Of a stretch of 59,775 nucleotides of DNA, positions 21,016-29,823 are shown in pieces; the first letter of the stretch is position 1, and the number at the start of each line of letters is the position of its first letter. Location of the stretch: the NCBI GenBank assembly GCA_041496385.1, contig JBGQEL010000018.1, positions 1 through 59,775 of the forward strand. Reading direction: 5' to 3'. The DNA is from Candidatus Methylomirabilia bacterium. GTDB lineage: Bacteria; Methylomirabilota; Methylomirabilia; Rokubacteriales; CSP1-6. The notes under the pieces are model-generated. The model was not told the DNA's origin and searched no databases. It was given only the letters and a program-made list of their open reading frames with translations. A program made the position numbers and the translations under genes.

Positions 21016-22371
21016 CTACTTCGTCGCGCTCAGTTGGTTCAGGAACTCGAGCCACTGGCGCGAGAGCCCGTCCTTCGGGAAGTTCAGCGCCTCGAGCTCG
21101 GGTCGAGCCTCCGCAGGCTCCTCTGCCGGCTTGATCGCTTCGGCGCTCGCTGGAGCGGGCGAAACCACGGGCGCGGCGGCAGAAGCCGTCGGAGCGGTCG
21201 GTGCCTCCGCGGGCGTATTTCCCTTCACGGCCTGCGCGAAGAAGTAGGCGCGATTCGGGGCCGCGATGGGCTGTGCCGAGGGCTTCGCCCACGCGGGCTG
21301 CTGAATCGGTGAGGGCACCGGCTCCACGGCCGCCACAGGCGTCTCGGTGGCCTGTGAACCCATGGCCGCCTCCGCCTCCTCGTGCGCGACCGGCGTCGTT
21401 TCGGGTTCGGCGATCGGTGGCTTCGGCATCTGGACCCCAAGGTCCTCCAAGAGCGCTTGCCACTCGGAATTGCTCGCGGGGTCGACCAGGGGCGCCACGG
21501 GCTGGGCCTGGGGCGCCTCCGTGGTCACCGACTCGAGCGCGGTCTCGGACTCGACGGGCACCACGACCACGGGCTCGGCGATCAGTCCGGAAGCTTCAGC
21601 CTTGGCCTTCTGCATGGAGCTGGTCGTCGCCTCCAGGAGGGGTTCGGCGGCTCGTACGTCGAGCGAATCGGCAGGCCCGACCGAAAGGGCGGTCGCCGCG
21701 CCAAGCTGGATCTCTGCCGGCGCGGAGGGTTCTAGGACAACCTCCGTCGCGGGCACCGGCTCAGCGATGACAGGGGCCATCGGCTCAATCAGGGGCACTC
21801 CGGCGATCGCAGGAGCCGTTGAGGGCGCGATCCCGGGAACTTCGGGTCCTGGCGTGGGTGGCGCCTGTTGCCCGCGAAGCTCGCTCTCGGCCGTCGTGGC
21901 ATCCGCGCGACGGAGCCGCTGGACCAGATCGAAGTAGAGGGCCGAGGCACCGTTGACGTCCAGATGACGGAACTCGAGACAGTCGATTTCCAGGAAGCTG
22001 AGTTGCTTGATCCGCCGCACGAAGGAATCCGTAAGGCGCTCGACGATGAAGAGTATTCTCGGCGGACGGTTCTGTGAGATCTGGGCCATCGGGTAGAGCC
22101 GGCGGAGAGCGTCGGGATACTCGAGGCACCAGGAGTACGCGTCCATCACCCGGAGAAGGAGACCCTCGTCAGCGATGAAGTCGAGGGCGATCAGCACGAG
22201 CGAGCCTTTAGTATCGAGGCCGACCAGATCGATCGCCGCCTGGCCCAGGAGAAGGCGAGAGTCGACTACCTTGAGCCCGGTCTCGATGCCCTCGATGTTC
22301 TCGGCAACGAGTCGCTCCAGGTCTCTGATATCCTTGACTTCCAGTTTCTTGAACGTGGGTCTCATCTTCAT
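21016..22371 (-). CDS. Hypothetical protein: N-terminal NucS/EndoMS-like fold, long Pro/Ala/Glu linker, short C-terminal helix
   Basis: LE.LVAEN...IE.GL.VV......IDLVGLD..G.LVLI resembles the NucS C-terminal domain but lacks ExK. ~250 aa low-complexity region. Confidence 0.6.
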   Translation of the reverse strand: MKMRPTFKKLEVKDIRDLERLVAENIEGIETGLKVVDSRLLLGQAAIDLVGLDTKGSLVLIALDFIADEGLLLRVMDAYSWCLEYPDALRRLYPMAQISQNRPPRILFIVERLTDSFVRRIKQLSFLEIDCLEFRHLDVNGASALYFDLVQRLRRADATTAESELRGQQAPPTPGPEVPGIAPSTAPAIAGVPLIEPMAPVIAEPVPATEVVLEPSAPAEIQLGAATALSVGPADSLDVRAAEPLLEATTSSMQKAKAEASGLIAEPVVVVPVESETALESVTTEAPQAQPVAPLVDPASNSEWQALLEDLGVQMPKPPIAEPETTPVAHEEAEAAMGSQATETPVAAVEPVPSPIQQPAWAKPSAQPIAAPNRAYFFAQAVKGNTPAEAPTAPTASAAAPVVSPAPASAEAIKPAEEPAEARPELEALNFPKDGLSRQWLEFLNQLSATK

Positions 22372-22412
22372 CTCCCCAGGGTCTTTAGGGTTTAACGCTC
22401 AGAAACTCTAAG

Positions 22413-22429
22413 AGCAAACCCTAGACCAA
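22413..22429 (-). promoter_or_regulatory. Sigma54 promoter (proximal) for the operon starting at 22371
   Basis: TTGGTCTAGGGTTTGCT, GG-N10-GC, about 40 bp upstream of the start. Confidence 0.6.
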
Positions 22430-22607
22430 GTAGTCATATGACTCACAAAATATTGAAATATATCTGTTTTTGGACATGCACCCTGCTTCCAGCACCCGCC
22501 ATGCTTTGAGTGATTCCTAGCCAGAAATAGACCGTACCCAGGATTCAATTTTCGGAAAGTGCTGTATTTGTTGGACTTCCGGAATTGGGAGTTGTCGTGC
22601 CAAAATC

Positions 22608-22623
22608 GGCAAGAACCTAGCCA
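22608..22623 (-). promoter_or_regulatory. Second sigma54-like motif (distal)
   Basis: TGGCTAGGTTCTTGCC, GG-N10-GC. Confidence 0.5.
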
Positions 22624-22651
22624 GTGGCGAGAATTTGATCGCCACTCAGGC

Positions 22652-24001
22652 TCACTCCTCCATGAGCTTCTTTCGGAGAGTCTGGCGGGAGATGCCGAGG
22701 ATCTTAGCGGCCTTGCTCTTGTTGGCCTCCACGCGCTGCATCACTTGGTTGATGTAAGCGCGCTCGACCTCGGCTAGAGATCTGAATTCCAACGGAGACT
22801 CTTGTCGAGGAGCCCCCGAATCCGGCTGGGCGGCGAACTGCACCGGGAGATGCGACGGCTCGATGTACTCGGAGGTACCGAGAATGACGAGCCGCTCGAT
22901 CAGATTTCGAAGCTCCCGCACATTGCCGGGCCAGGCATAGCCGAGCATCAGCCGCTCCGCCTCTGGGGTGAACCCCTTGATGGTCTTGTGCGAGCGAAGC
23001 GCCGACTCGCGGAGGAAGTGCCGAGCGAGGGGCATGACGTCTTCTCGGCGTTGGCGGAGGGGCGGAATCACGATCGGGATCACGTTGAGCCGGTAGAAGA
23101 GGTCCTCGCGGAACTGTCCCTCCTTCACGCGAGCTTCTAGGGGCCGATTCGTGGCCGCGATGATGCGCACGTCCACGCGGATGTCCTTCGTGCCGCCGAC
23201 TCGACGAAACACGCGCTCCTGCAGGCATCGGAGAAACTTCGCCTGCATGTTGAGCGACATTTCGCTCACCTCGTCCAGGAACAGCGTCCCCCGATCCGCG
23301 AGCTCCATCAGGCCCTTCTTCGCCGATTTCGCGTCGGTGAATGCGCCCTTCTCGTGCCCGAAGACCTCGCTCTCGAAGAGCGTCTCGGTGATCGCCGCGC
23401 AGTTCACCTCCATAAACGGGAAGTCGCGCCGGGCACTCTCATAGTGGAGGCCGCGGGCGACGAGTTCCTTACCGGTGCCGCTGTCGCCGTGGATCAGGAT
23501 CGTTTGCGCCTCGCTCCTCGCGAGCTTGCCGATGAGATCGCGGAGACTCTTCGTGGATTCCGAGTCGCCGACCAGCTGATCCACCCGGTACTGTTTCTCC
23601 TGCAATCCGTGCAAGCGGCGGATCTCACGCCTGGCACGCACCTCCTCGAGAGCCCGGGTGACGGCCAGCTTGAGCTTCTCCAGGTGTTCGAATGGCTTCT
23701 CGAGATAGTCCGCGGCGCCCGAGCGCATGGCCTCTACGGCGCTCTGGACCTGGCCGAATCCGGTGATGATGATAACGGCGACGTGGGGGTAGCGGTTCTT
23801 GAGGGTGCGGAGCACATCCATTCCGTCCATGTCAGGAAGGCGGAGGTCGAGAAGCACGACGTCCGGGTCGACCTCGTCGGCCATCTGGAGCCCTTCCTTG
23901 CCAGTGCCGGCCCCATGGACCTCGACCTGGTCCTGGGCGAGCACCCTGGAAACAAGGGTCCGGATGTTCCGCTCGTCGTCGACGACCAGAATGTTGTCCA
24001 T
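22652..24001 (-). CDS. Sigma54-dependent response regulator (NtrC/AtoC family; REC-AAA+-HTH)
   Basis: LLDLRLP, GDSGTGKE, ESEVFGHEKGAFTDA, LFLDEV, WPGNVREL, Fis HTH AAKILGISRQTL. Confidence 0.95.
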   Translation of the reverse strand: MDNILVVDDERNIRTLVSRVLAQDQVEVHGAGTGKEGLQMADEVDPDVVLLDLRLPDMDGMDVLRTLKNRYPHVAVIIITGFGQVQSAVEAMRSGAADYLEKPFEHLEKLKLAVTRALEEVRARREIRRLHGLQEKQYRVDQLVGDSESTKSLRDLIGKLARSEAQTILIHGDSGTGKELVARGLHYESARRDFPFMEVNCAAITETLFESEVFGHEKGAFTDAKSAKKGLMELADRGTLFLDEVSEMSLNMQAKFLRCLQERVFRRVGGTKDIRVDVRIIAATNRPLEARVKEGQFREDLFYRLNVIPIVIPPLRQRREDVMPLARHFLRESALRSHKTIKGFTPEAERLMLGYAWPGNVRELRNLIERLVILGTSEYIEPSHLPVQFAAQPDSGAPRQESPLEFRSLAEVERAYINQVMQRVEANKSKAAKILGISRQTLRKKLMEE

Positions 24002-24122
24002 ACTGGCAAAGATATCTGATTCCGGAAGCCGATTCGCCCAATTTCTTACCACCCCGGGCGCCCCCATCGGGAGTAGAGCCGAGCGGCGGCGACCGCAACC
24101 CGCGCGATACCCCGCGAGGGCC

Positions 24123-24818
24123 TCAGCCCCTCGGGCGGTGCCTCAAACTGCTCATGAGCATCGGACGTAGGGCGGCAAGATCTCGCTCGATCCGGTCGAA
24201 CTGAGCGCCGAGCTCTTCGCGGTGCCGCGCAGGCGAACGCAGATAGCCCCGTTCCGCGAGCGTCACCATGGCGTCGGCGATCGTGTCAGCGGTCCAGACG
24301 CCGACGGGGTTGTACCACTTGTGGACCCAATTACTCATGCCGAGCAGCGCGAACACCGTCAGACGGGCTGGGGCAGCGGCGAACATGCCCCGCCGGATGC
24401 CTTCCCGAACGACCGCCTCGACGCCGCGGTCGTAGCGGGCCTTGCGGCGCGTGATCGCGCGTCGGAGCCGGAGTGGCAGATTCGCCTCTTCGCCGAAGAA
24501 CACCGTGAGGAACGACCGCTCGGCGATGACAGCGCGCACGTGGTGGCGGATCACGTTGCGGAGCCGCTCGGCGGGCGGGCCGCCGGCCCGCCGGATCTCG
24601 CGCAGGCGGGCCTCGTAGAGCGCCATCGTCCGCTCGAAGATCGCGAACAAGATCTCCTCCTTTGAACGGAAGTGACCGTAGAGCGTCGCCTTGGAGACCC
24701 CGACCGCGCGCGCGAGATCGTCGAGCGTCGTCGCGGGGTAGCCGCGCTGGCGAAAGAGTTCGGCTGCGGCCGTGAGGATCTGTGCCTGCAGCAGCCGGCG
24801 GCGTGGAGAAGGCTTCAT
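24123..24818 (-). CDS. TetR/AcrR family regulator (KstR2-like C-terminus)
   Basis: ILTAAAELF...GY..TT.DDLA...GVSKATLY.HF.SKEE; GMSNW..KWY.P.G. Confidence 0.9.
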   Translation of the reverse strand: MKPSPRRRLLQAQILTAAAELFRQRGYPATTLDDLARAVGVSKATLYGHFRSKEEILFAIFERTMALYEARLREIRRAGGPPAERLRNVIRHHVRAVIAERSFLTVFFGEEANLPLRLRRAITRRKARYDRGVEAVVREGIRRGMFAAAPARLTVFALLGMSNWVHKWYNPVGVWTADTIADAMVTLAERGYLRSPARHREELGAQFDRIERDLAALRPMLMSSLRHRPRG

Positions 24819-24825
24819 CGTCGCG

Positions 24826-25773
24826 TCAGTGATGGCAGGTCACGCAGTCAAGCGGTGCCTGGGCGTTGTGCGTCGCGTTCGCTCGGCGGTGGCACTCCAC
24901 GCACCAGCCCATCGTGAGCGGCCGCGGCGCGGGCTTCAGACCAACGAGATTCAGGAGGTCGTTCCTGAGCGACCGGCCCGTGGCTGCTCCGACGGCCCGC
25001 ATCCGCTCGACCGGTCCATGGCACGTCTGGCACTCGAGGCCGAAGCGGAGATGCGCCTTGTGCGGGAAATAGGTGAACTCGGGAATCTTGAAGACCCGGA
25101 CCCAGGGGATCGGTTCACCGCGGCGCCAGTAGGCGAGGATCTTGCCGACCTCGGGATTGTCTTGGGCGCCGATGATCTTGTGGCACCCCATGCACCGCTC
25201 AACCGACGGCAGGCCTGCGTACTCGGATCGCCGTGCGTCGGCATGGCAATAGCCGCAGCCGATCTGGTACTTCCCGGCATGGATCAGGTGGCTAAACAAG
25301 ATCGGCTGCGGCGGCGCACCGGGCACGACCGCGATGGCCGTCATGGCGCCCGGCTCGAACGCGGGCTCGGCGATCCAACGGACATACGCGATCACGTCGC
25401 GGACCTGGGCCTCGCCGAGGTACAGGGAGAAGGCGGGCATCCCAGGCGAGAGGCCCTCCGCGGGGCCGCCGTGCCGGATGACGTTGGCGAGAAACTCGTC
25501 GGGGAGCAGGTTCATCAGACGACCGTCGGCGAGATTGGACGGCTTGGTCGCAAAGGCCGCTGCCGAGGCGCCGTCGCCGCGCCCGGCCTCGCCGTGGCAC
25601 GCCGCGCAGTGCGTGAGGTAGAGTGCCCGCCCCGCTCGGACCCGCGGTTCGAGGTCCCGATCGGCCGGGGCGGCGCGGGACATGGACCAGGGGAGAAGGC
25701 CGCAAAGGACTGACGCGAAACCTACACCGAGGAAGATGCGGTGACGCCTTCCCCGGGGCGACCGGATACCCAC
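24826..25773 (-). CDS. Hexaheme cytochrome c: class I monoheme domain fused to an ActA/QrcA-like pentaheme domain
   Basis: CAACH...GMPAF, then QPI.FSH..H, CGYCH, CMGCH, IPWVRV, CQTCHG, LTMGWCVECHR, CVTCH. Confidence 0.85.
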   Translation of the reverse strand: MGIRSPRGRRHRIFLGVGFASVLCGLLPWSMSRAAPADRDLEPRVRAGRALYLTHCAACHGEAGRGDGASAAAFATKPSNLADGRLMNLLPDEFLANVIRHGGPAEGLSPGMPAFSLYLGEAQVRDVIAYVRWIAEPAFEPGAMTAIAVVPGAPPQPILFSHLIHAGKYQIGCGYCHADARRSEYAGLPSVERCMGCHKIIGAQDNPEVGKILAYWRRGEPIPWVRVFKIPEFTYFPHKAHLRFGLECQTCHGPVERMRAVGAATGRSLRNDLLNLVGLKPAPRPLTMGWCVECHRRANATHNAQAPLDCVTCHH

Positions 25774-25774
25774 G

Positions 25775-26755
25775 CTACTCCTTGATCAACTGCTCCCGGC
25801 GCCGGAGATACGCGTTACGAACGGCACTGTACATGTCGATCACGCTCTCCTCGAACCCCTGGAAGAGGTCGAGGTTCAGCGAGCGGTCGTTGAGGATGTC
25901 GCCGGCCTGCATACCGATCCGGGTCCAGATGAACGGCAGAAGGTAGGAGAGCGGATCCAGCGCCCCATCCACCGCCTTGCCGATGCCGTCGCGCACCGTC
26001 AGGGGCTCGGTGAACGGCAGGATCAGGTACGGGCCCGGACCCGAGCCCCAGACCGCCAGCGTCTGGCCGAAATCCTCTCGGCTCTTCTCGATGCCCCAGT
26101 ACTTGGCGGCGTCGAACAGGCCGCCGATGCCAAGCGTGCTGTTGATCAGGAAGCGAGACACCTCGCGACCGGCGCCGCCCCACTTCCCCTGAAGCAGGCT
26201 GTTCACGGTGCGCGGTACGAATCGGATGTTGTCGAAACCATTGGAGATCAGGACCTGAATGGACTCCGGCATGACGACGTTGTAGGCCTTGGCCACTGGC
26301 TTCAGGACGTATCTGTCCAGCTTCCGGTTGAACTCGAACATCGACTCGTTGAACCCCTCCCAGGGGTCGTACTCCTCGATCTCCTCCTCGTCCTTGGTGG
26401 AGATCTTCTCCTGGGGAGCGCGCTGTGTCTGGGCAAGCGCGGGCCCGGCCCCATCGTCACCATCGGTGGCGCCGGCCGTCTGGCCTGCGACCACGAGAGG
26501 CCGCGCGGTGGCCGGGTCAGCAGGCTCGTCGCGCGCCAGCTCGCAGGCAGCGCTCACCTGCGCCGGTGCGTCGTCCTTCACGGGTTCCGGAAATGCGACG
26601 GGTTCAGCTTGCGAGACCGGCCGGGTCGCGAGCAGCGAGGAGTCCGTGCGAACGGTGCCCGACAGGCTGCCGCAGCCCCCCACGAGCAGCGCCAGGAGGG
26701 CGAAGCTCAGGGTGGCCGTGATGCCGCGAGAGTTGCCATACCCGAAGCGAAGCAA
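25775..26755 (-). CDS. mlaA: MlaA/VacJ family lipoprotein
   Basis: Lipobox VGGC, DPWEGFN..MF.FN, RFLINST.GIGGLFD, EDFGQTL..WG...GPYL.LP. Confidence 0.9.
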   Translation of the reverse strand: MLRFGYGNSRGITATLSFALLALLVGGCGSLSGTVRTDSSLLATRPVSQAEPVAFPEPVKDDAPAQVSAACELARDEPADPATARPLVVAGQTAGATDGDDGAGPALAQTQRAPQEKISTKDEEEIEEYDPWEGFNESMFEFNRKLDRYVLKPVAKAYNVVMPESIQVLISNGFDNIRFVPRTVNSLLQGKWGGAGREVSRFLINSTLGIGGLFDAAKYWGIEKSREDFGQTLAVWGSGPGPYLILPFTEPLTVRDGIGKAVDGALDPLSYLLPFIWTRIGMQAGDILNDRSLNLDLFQGFEESVIDMYSAVRNAYLRRREQLIKE

Positions 26756-26932
26756 AGTCAGCCCTCCCTGGGCATGAAGCGCGTTGGAAAACTCGAAACA
26801 ATATATATCGAAACGTTCGCGGCATGTCGGAGAGAATTTTGGGGGCGGCCCGAATGGGCCCTGGCAAGTTGTGCATAGCGAGTGGGAGGCGTATCGTCAG
26901 TACTCGGGCCGGACGGGCCCGGAGGAGAGCAC

Positions 26933-27163
26933 GTGACTCGAGGTCGAGCGCGGGAGTTCCTGTGTGAGGTCGTGTCCGAGACAGTCGAAATCCGACTGCG
27001 CCGCACAGGTGGGTTCGGGCGGCCGCAGGAGTATTTCGTCCAGTGCAACCAGGTAGACTGCCAGTACGTCGAGGAAAACAAGCCCCCATGCCCGCTGCAC
27101 GTCGGCATGTTCGCTGACGAGATCAAGGCCGCAGAAGAAGCGCGGCGCGCGCGGAGCGCGTAG
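26933..27163 (+). CDS. Small four-cysteine hypothetical protein (possible metal binding)
   Basis: GTG after GGAGGAG; C-x26-C-x4-C-x9-C pattern (FLCEV..VQCNQVDC..PPCPL). Confidence 0.6.
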   Translation: MTRGRAREFLCEVVSETVEIRLRRTGGFGRPQEYFVQCNQVDCQYVEENKPPCPLHVGMFADEIKAAEEARRARSA

Positions 27164-27166
27164 CGC

Positions 27167-28453
27167 TCAGCGCGGCTTCAGCACGAGGGTCGTCACGGAC
27201 CCGAGGTACTGCCGCGCGACGCGCTGAACATCTGCCGCCGTCACCGCCTCGACGGCCCGTCGATAGCGCTCGGGATAGTCACGTCCCTGCCCCGCCAGCT
27301 CGTAGAAGGCGAAGAACCACGCCTGACGCTCGTTCGTGCGCCGGTCCATCACGTACCGACCGAGGAGGTAGCCCTTGGCGCGTTTGAGCTCGTCCGCGCC
27401 GACCGCTTCCTGCCGGGTCCGCTCGACTTCATGCGCGAGCGCCTCCTCGGCGCGCGACGCGTTTTCGGGGGCCGTGCCGAGGTACAGCACCAGCGCGCCG
27501 GGCCCGCGCACGGGCTCGTAGTACGACGTCGCGGCATAGGCGAGCCCGCGCTTGTCGCGAAGCTCGACGAACAGGCGGCCGGCCATTCCGCCTCCGAGGA
27601 CCGTGGACAACACTTTGACCGCGGCGTGATCGGGGTGGTCGAGCGAAGGTGCAAGCCCGCCGACCAGGATCTGTGCCTGCTGGGCCGGCATGTCGACCTC
27701 GATGCGCGTGGCGGCGGGTTTCGGCAGCGGGCTCGCCGGTGCGGTCGCCACACCCCCGCGCGGCGTGCTCCCGAACAGGCGGCGGGCTTCCGCGAGGACC
27801 TCCGCCGCGGAGATCTGGCCGCTCACCGCGAGGATCATACGCTCGGGCCGATAGCCCGCACGATAAGCCGCAACGATCGAGGCGTGGTCGATCCGCGCAA
27901 GCGACTCCGGCGTGCCGAGCACGGGCAGCCCGTAGGGGTGTGGGCCGTAGAGGGCGGCGTAGAACTCGTCGAAGGCGCGTGCGGGCGCGTTGTCGCGGCG
28001 CTTCTGGATGCGGCTCAGGATCCAGTCGCGCTCGCCGTCAACTTCGGCGGGCAGGAGCCTGGGCTCGAGCGCGAGCTCGGCGACGAGCGAGAGCAGCTCG
28101 CGCCAGAAGCGCGCGAGCGACGAGGCGCGGATCTCCGAATACTCCATCTCCCCGGTCGCGCTGATCTTCCCACCGAGCGCGGCCACCGCCTCGGCCAGCT
28201 CGCTTCCGGTCCGCCTCGCGGTTCCCTTCACCATGACGGCGTGCACGAAGTTCGAGAGGCCCGCGGTGGCGGGGGTCTCCCAGCGCGTTCCCATCTTGAC
28301 CAGGAGCGACGTCGCCACGACGGGCGCAACGGGATTCTCGCGCACGATGACCGTCAGGCCGTTGTCGAGCCGCTCCTGACGGAGCTCGGCCCCCACCGCC
28401 GGAGCCGCGAGCACTCCGGTCACCAGCAGCACGACCAAGGCCCGCCGGATCAC
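27167..28453 (-). CDS. M16B peptidase, non-catalytic partner subunit
   Basis: LDNGL.VI; HxxEH degenerate (NFVHAV); RLF.ELRDKRGLAY. Signal peptide; GTGA overlap with the upstream gene. Confidence 0.88.
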   Translation of the reverse strand: MIRRALVVLLVTGVLAAPAVGAELRQERLDNGLTVIVRENPVAPVVATSLLVKMGTRWETPATAGLSNFVHAVMVKGTARRTGSELAEAVAALGGKISATGEMEYSEIRASSLARFWRELLSLVAELALEPRLLPAEVDGERDWILSRIQKRRDNAPARAFDEFYAALYGPHPYGLPVLGTPESLARIDHASIVAAYRAGYRPERMILAVSGQISAAEVLAEARRLFGSTPRGGVATAPASPLPKPAATRIEVDMPAQQAQILVGGLAPSLDHPDHAAVKVLSTVLGGGMAGRLFVELRDKRGLAYAATSYYEPVRGPGALVLYLGTAPENASRAEEALAHEVERTRQEAVGADELKRAKGYLLGRYVMDRRTNERQAWFFAFYELAGQGRDYPERYRRAVEAVTAADVQRVARQYLGSVTTLVLKPR

Positions 28454-29775
28454 TTCGCCCCCTCGGGAATGAATCGAACGCGCGCGTAGTTGTCGTCGCC
28501 GAAATACTTGCGCGCGACGGCCTGGATCTGGGCCGCCGTGATACGGCGCAGGCGGCCGAGGTACGCGATGTCGTCCTCGAGCGTCCACGTAGTCTCGGCC
28601 TGGCCGTACGACTTCGCGAGCCCCTCGGCGGTCTCGATGTCGAACGCATAGCTCGACTCGGCGGTGATGATCGCGCGTTGCCGTTCGTCCTCGCTGACAC
28701 CCTCGTCCCGTACACGGCGGATCACCTCGAGGACCGCCGCCTCGGCGCGCTCGAGGTTCGGAGCATCGAGGCGCGCCGTGACGGACACGAGACCCGACTT
28801 CGCGGAGGCGACGTAGTTGGCCTCGATCGAGGCCACCAAACGCTCGCGGTCCCGAAGCGCCTGGTTGAGCCGCGAGCTCGGCGAGTCGCCCAGGATGTAC
28901 GCGAGCAGATCCACGGCATAGATGTCCTCGTTCCCGGTCGGCGCCGCCCGCCAGGCGAGGCCGAGGTACGCCTGCCGCTCCGTCCGCGGCACATCGACGC
29001 GTTTCGAACGGTCGACCGCGGGCGGCGGCGGATCGTCGGGCCGCGCCACCGTCGCGCCGGGCAGCCGCCCGAGGATCTCCCCGGCGAGGGCTCGGACGTC
29101 GCGCGGATTCACCGCGCCCACGACGACGAGTACCAGGTTCGGCGCGACGTAGTGCTTCTTGTAGTAGCGCTCCAGGCGATCGCGCGTCAGCGACTGGATC
29201 AGTTCGCGCGTGCCGAGGATCGGCCGCCCGTAGGGATGGGGCGTGTAGGCGAGCTCGTTGAGGCGTCGGCCGAGGTATCGCTCAGGGTCGTCCTCCACGA
29301 GGCTCATCTCCTCGAAGACGACCTTCTTCTCGCTCTCGAGGTCCTCCCGTGGAAAGCTCGCGTTGACGCCGATGTCCGCGAGAAGCTCCATCCCGGCACG
29401 CACCTGCTCCGCAGGCAGCACCACGTCGTAGTGGGTGTAGTCGTACGACGTGAAGGCGTTGCTCGTGCCGCCGAGCCCCTCGATCAGGGTGTCGATCGAG
29501 CCGGGCGGCCGCGTCGGTGTGCCCTTGAAGAGCATGTGCTCGAGGTAGTGAGAGAGCCCGAGCTCGTCCGGCGACTCGTCGCGCCCGCCGATCCGAACCC
29601 AGAGCTGCAGCGCGGCCACATCGCTCGCGCGGTGCTCCTGGACGATGAGCGTCACGCCGTTCGGCAGGACCTCGCGTATCGGCGTGCCGGGCGCCGTGCC
29701 CGTCGCCGGTGCGCCCCCCATGGCGGCACAGCCCGCGAGCAGGACGGCGAGCAGGACCGAGCACGCGCGCGTCAT
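28450..29775 (-). CDS. M16B zinc peptidase (pitrilysin family), catalytic subunit, lipoprotein
   Basis: Lipobox LAGC, GLSHYLEHMLFKGT, NAFTSYD.T.Y, HPYGRPILG. Confidence 0.92.
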   Translation of the reverse strand: MTRACSVLLAVLLAGCAAMGGAPATGTAPGTPIREVLPNGVTLIVQEHRASDVAALQLWVRIGGRDESPDELGLSHYLEHMLFKGTPTRPPGSIDTLIEGLGGTSNAFTSYDYTHYDVVLPAEQVRAGMELLADIGVNASFPREDLESEKKVVFEEMSLVEDDPERYLGRRLNELAYTPHPYGRPILGTRELIQSLTRDRLERYYKKHYVAPNLVLVVVGAVNPRDVRALAGEILGRLPGATVARPDDPPPPAVDRSKRVDVPRTERQAYLGLAWRAAPTGNEDIYAVDLLAYILGDSPSSRLNQALRDRERLVASIEANYVASAKSGLVSVTARLDAPNLERAEAAVLEVIRRVRDEGVSEDERQRAIITAESSYAFDIETAEGLAKSYGQAETTWTLEDDIAYLGRLRRITAAQIQAVARKYFGDDNYARVRFIPEGAK

Positions 29776-29823
29776 GTCGCCCGAGTCTCGCTGGTCTCTA
29801 CGCTGCCGTCAAGCGCGGGGGAT

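Noticed and set aside
21016..22371. Active restriction or anti-phage nuclease
   Set aside because: The ExK catalytic motif is absent. The nearby methyltransferase is a small-molecule class I type with no DNA-MTase DPPY/PC motif.
22586..22603. TTGGCACG on the minus strand as a third sigma54 promoter
   Set aside because: The -24 half is perfect but the -12 position reads CTCC instead of TTGC.
14522..24001. PrsK/PrsR PEP-CTERM/exosortase system
   Set aside because: The TM-GAF kinase plus sigma54 regulator looks similar, but there is no exosortase and the secreted paralogs lack a PEP-TM-basic tail.
11310..24120. Signalling island as a mobile element or prophage
   Set aside because: Composition looks somewhat less GC-extreme by eye, but I found no integrase, transposase, tRNA target or flanking direct repeats.
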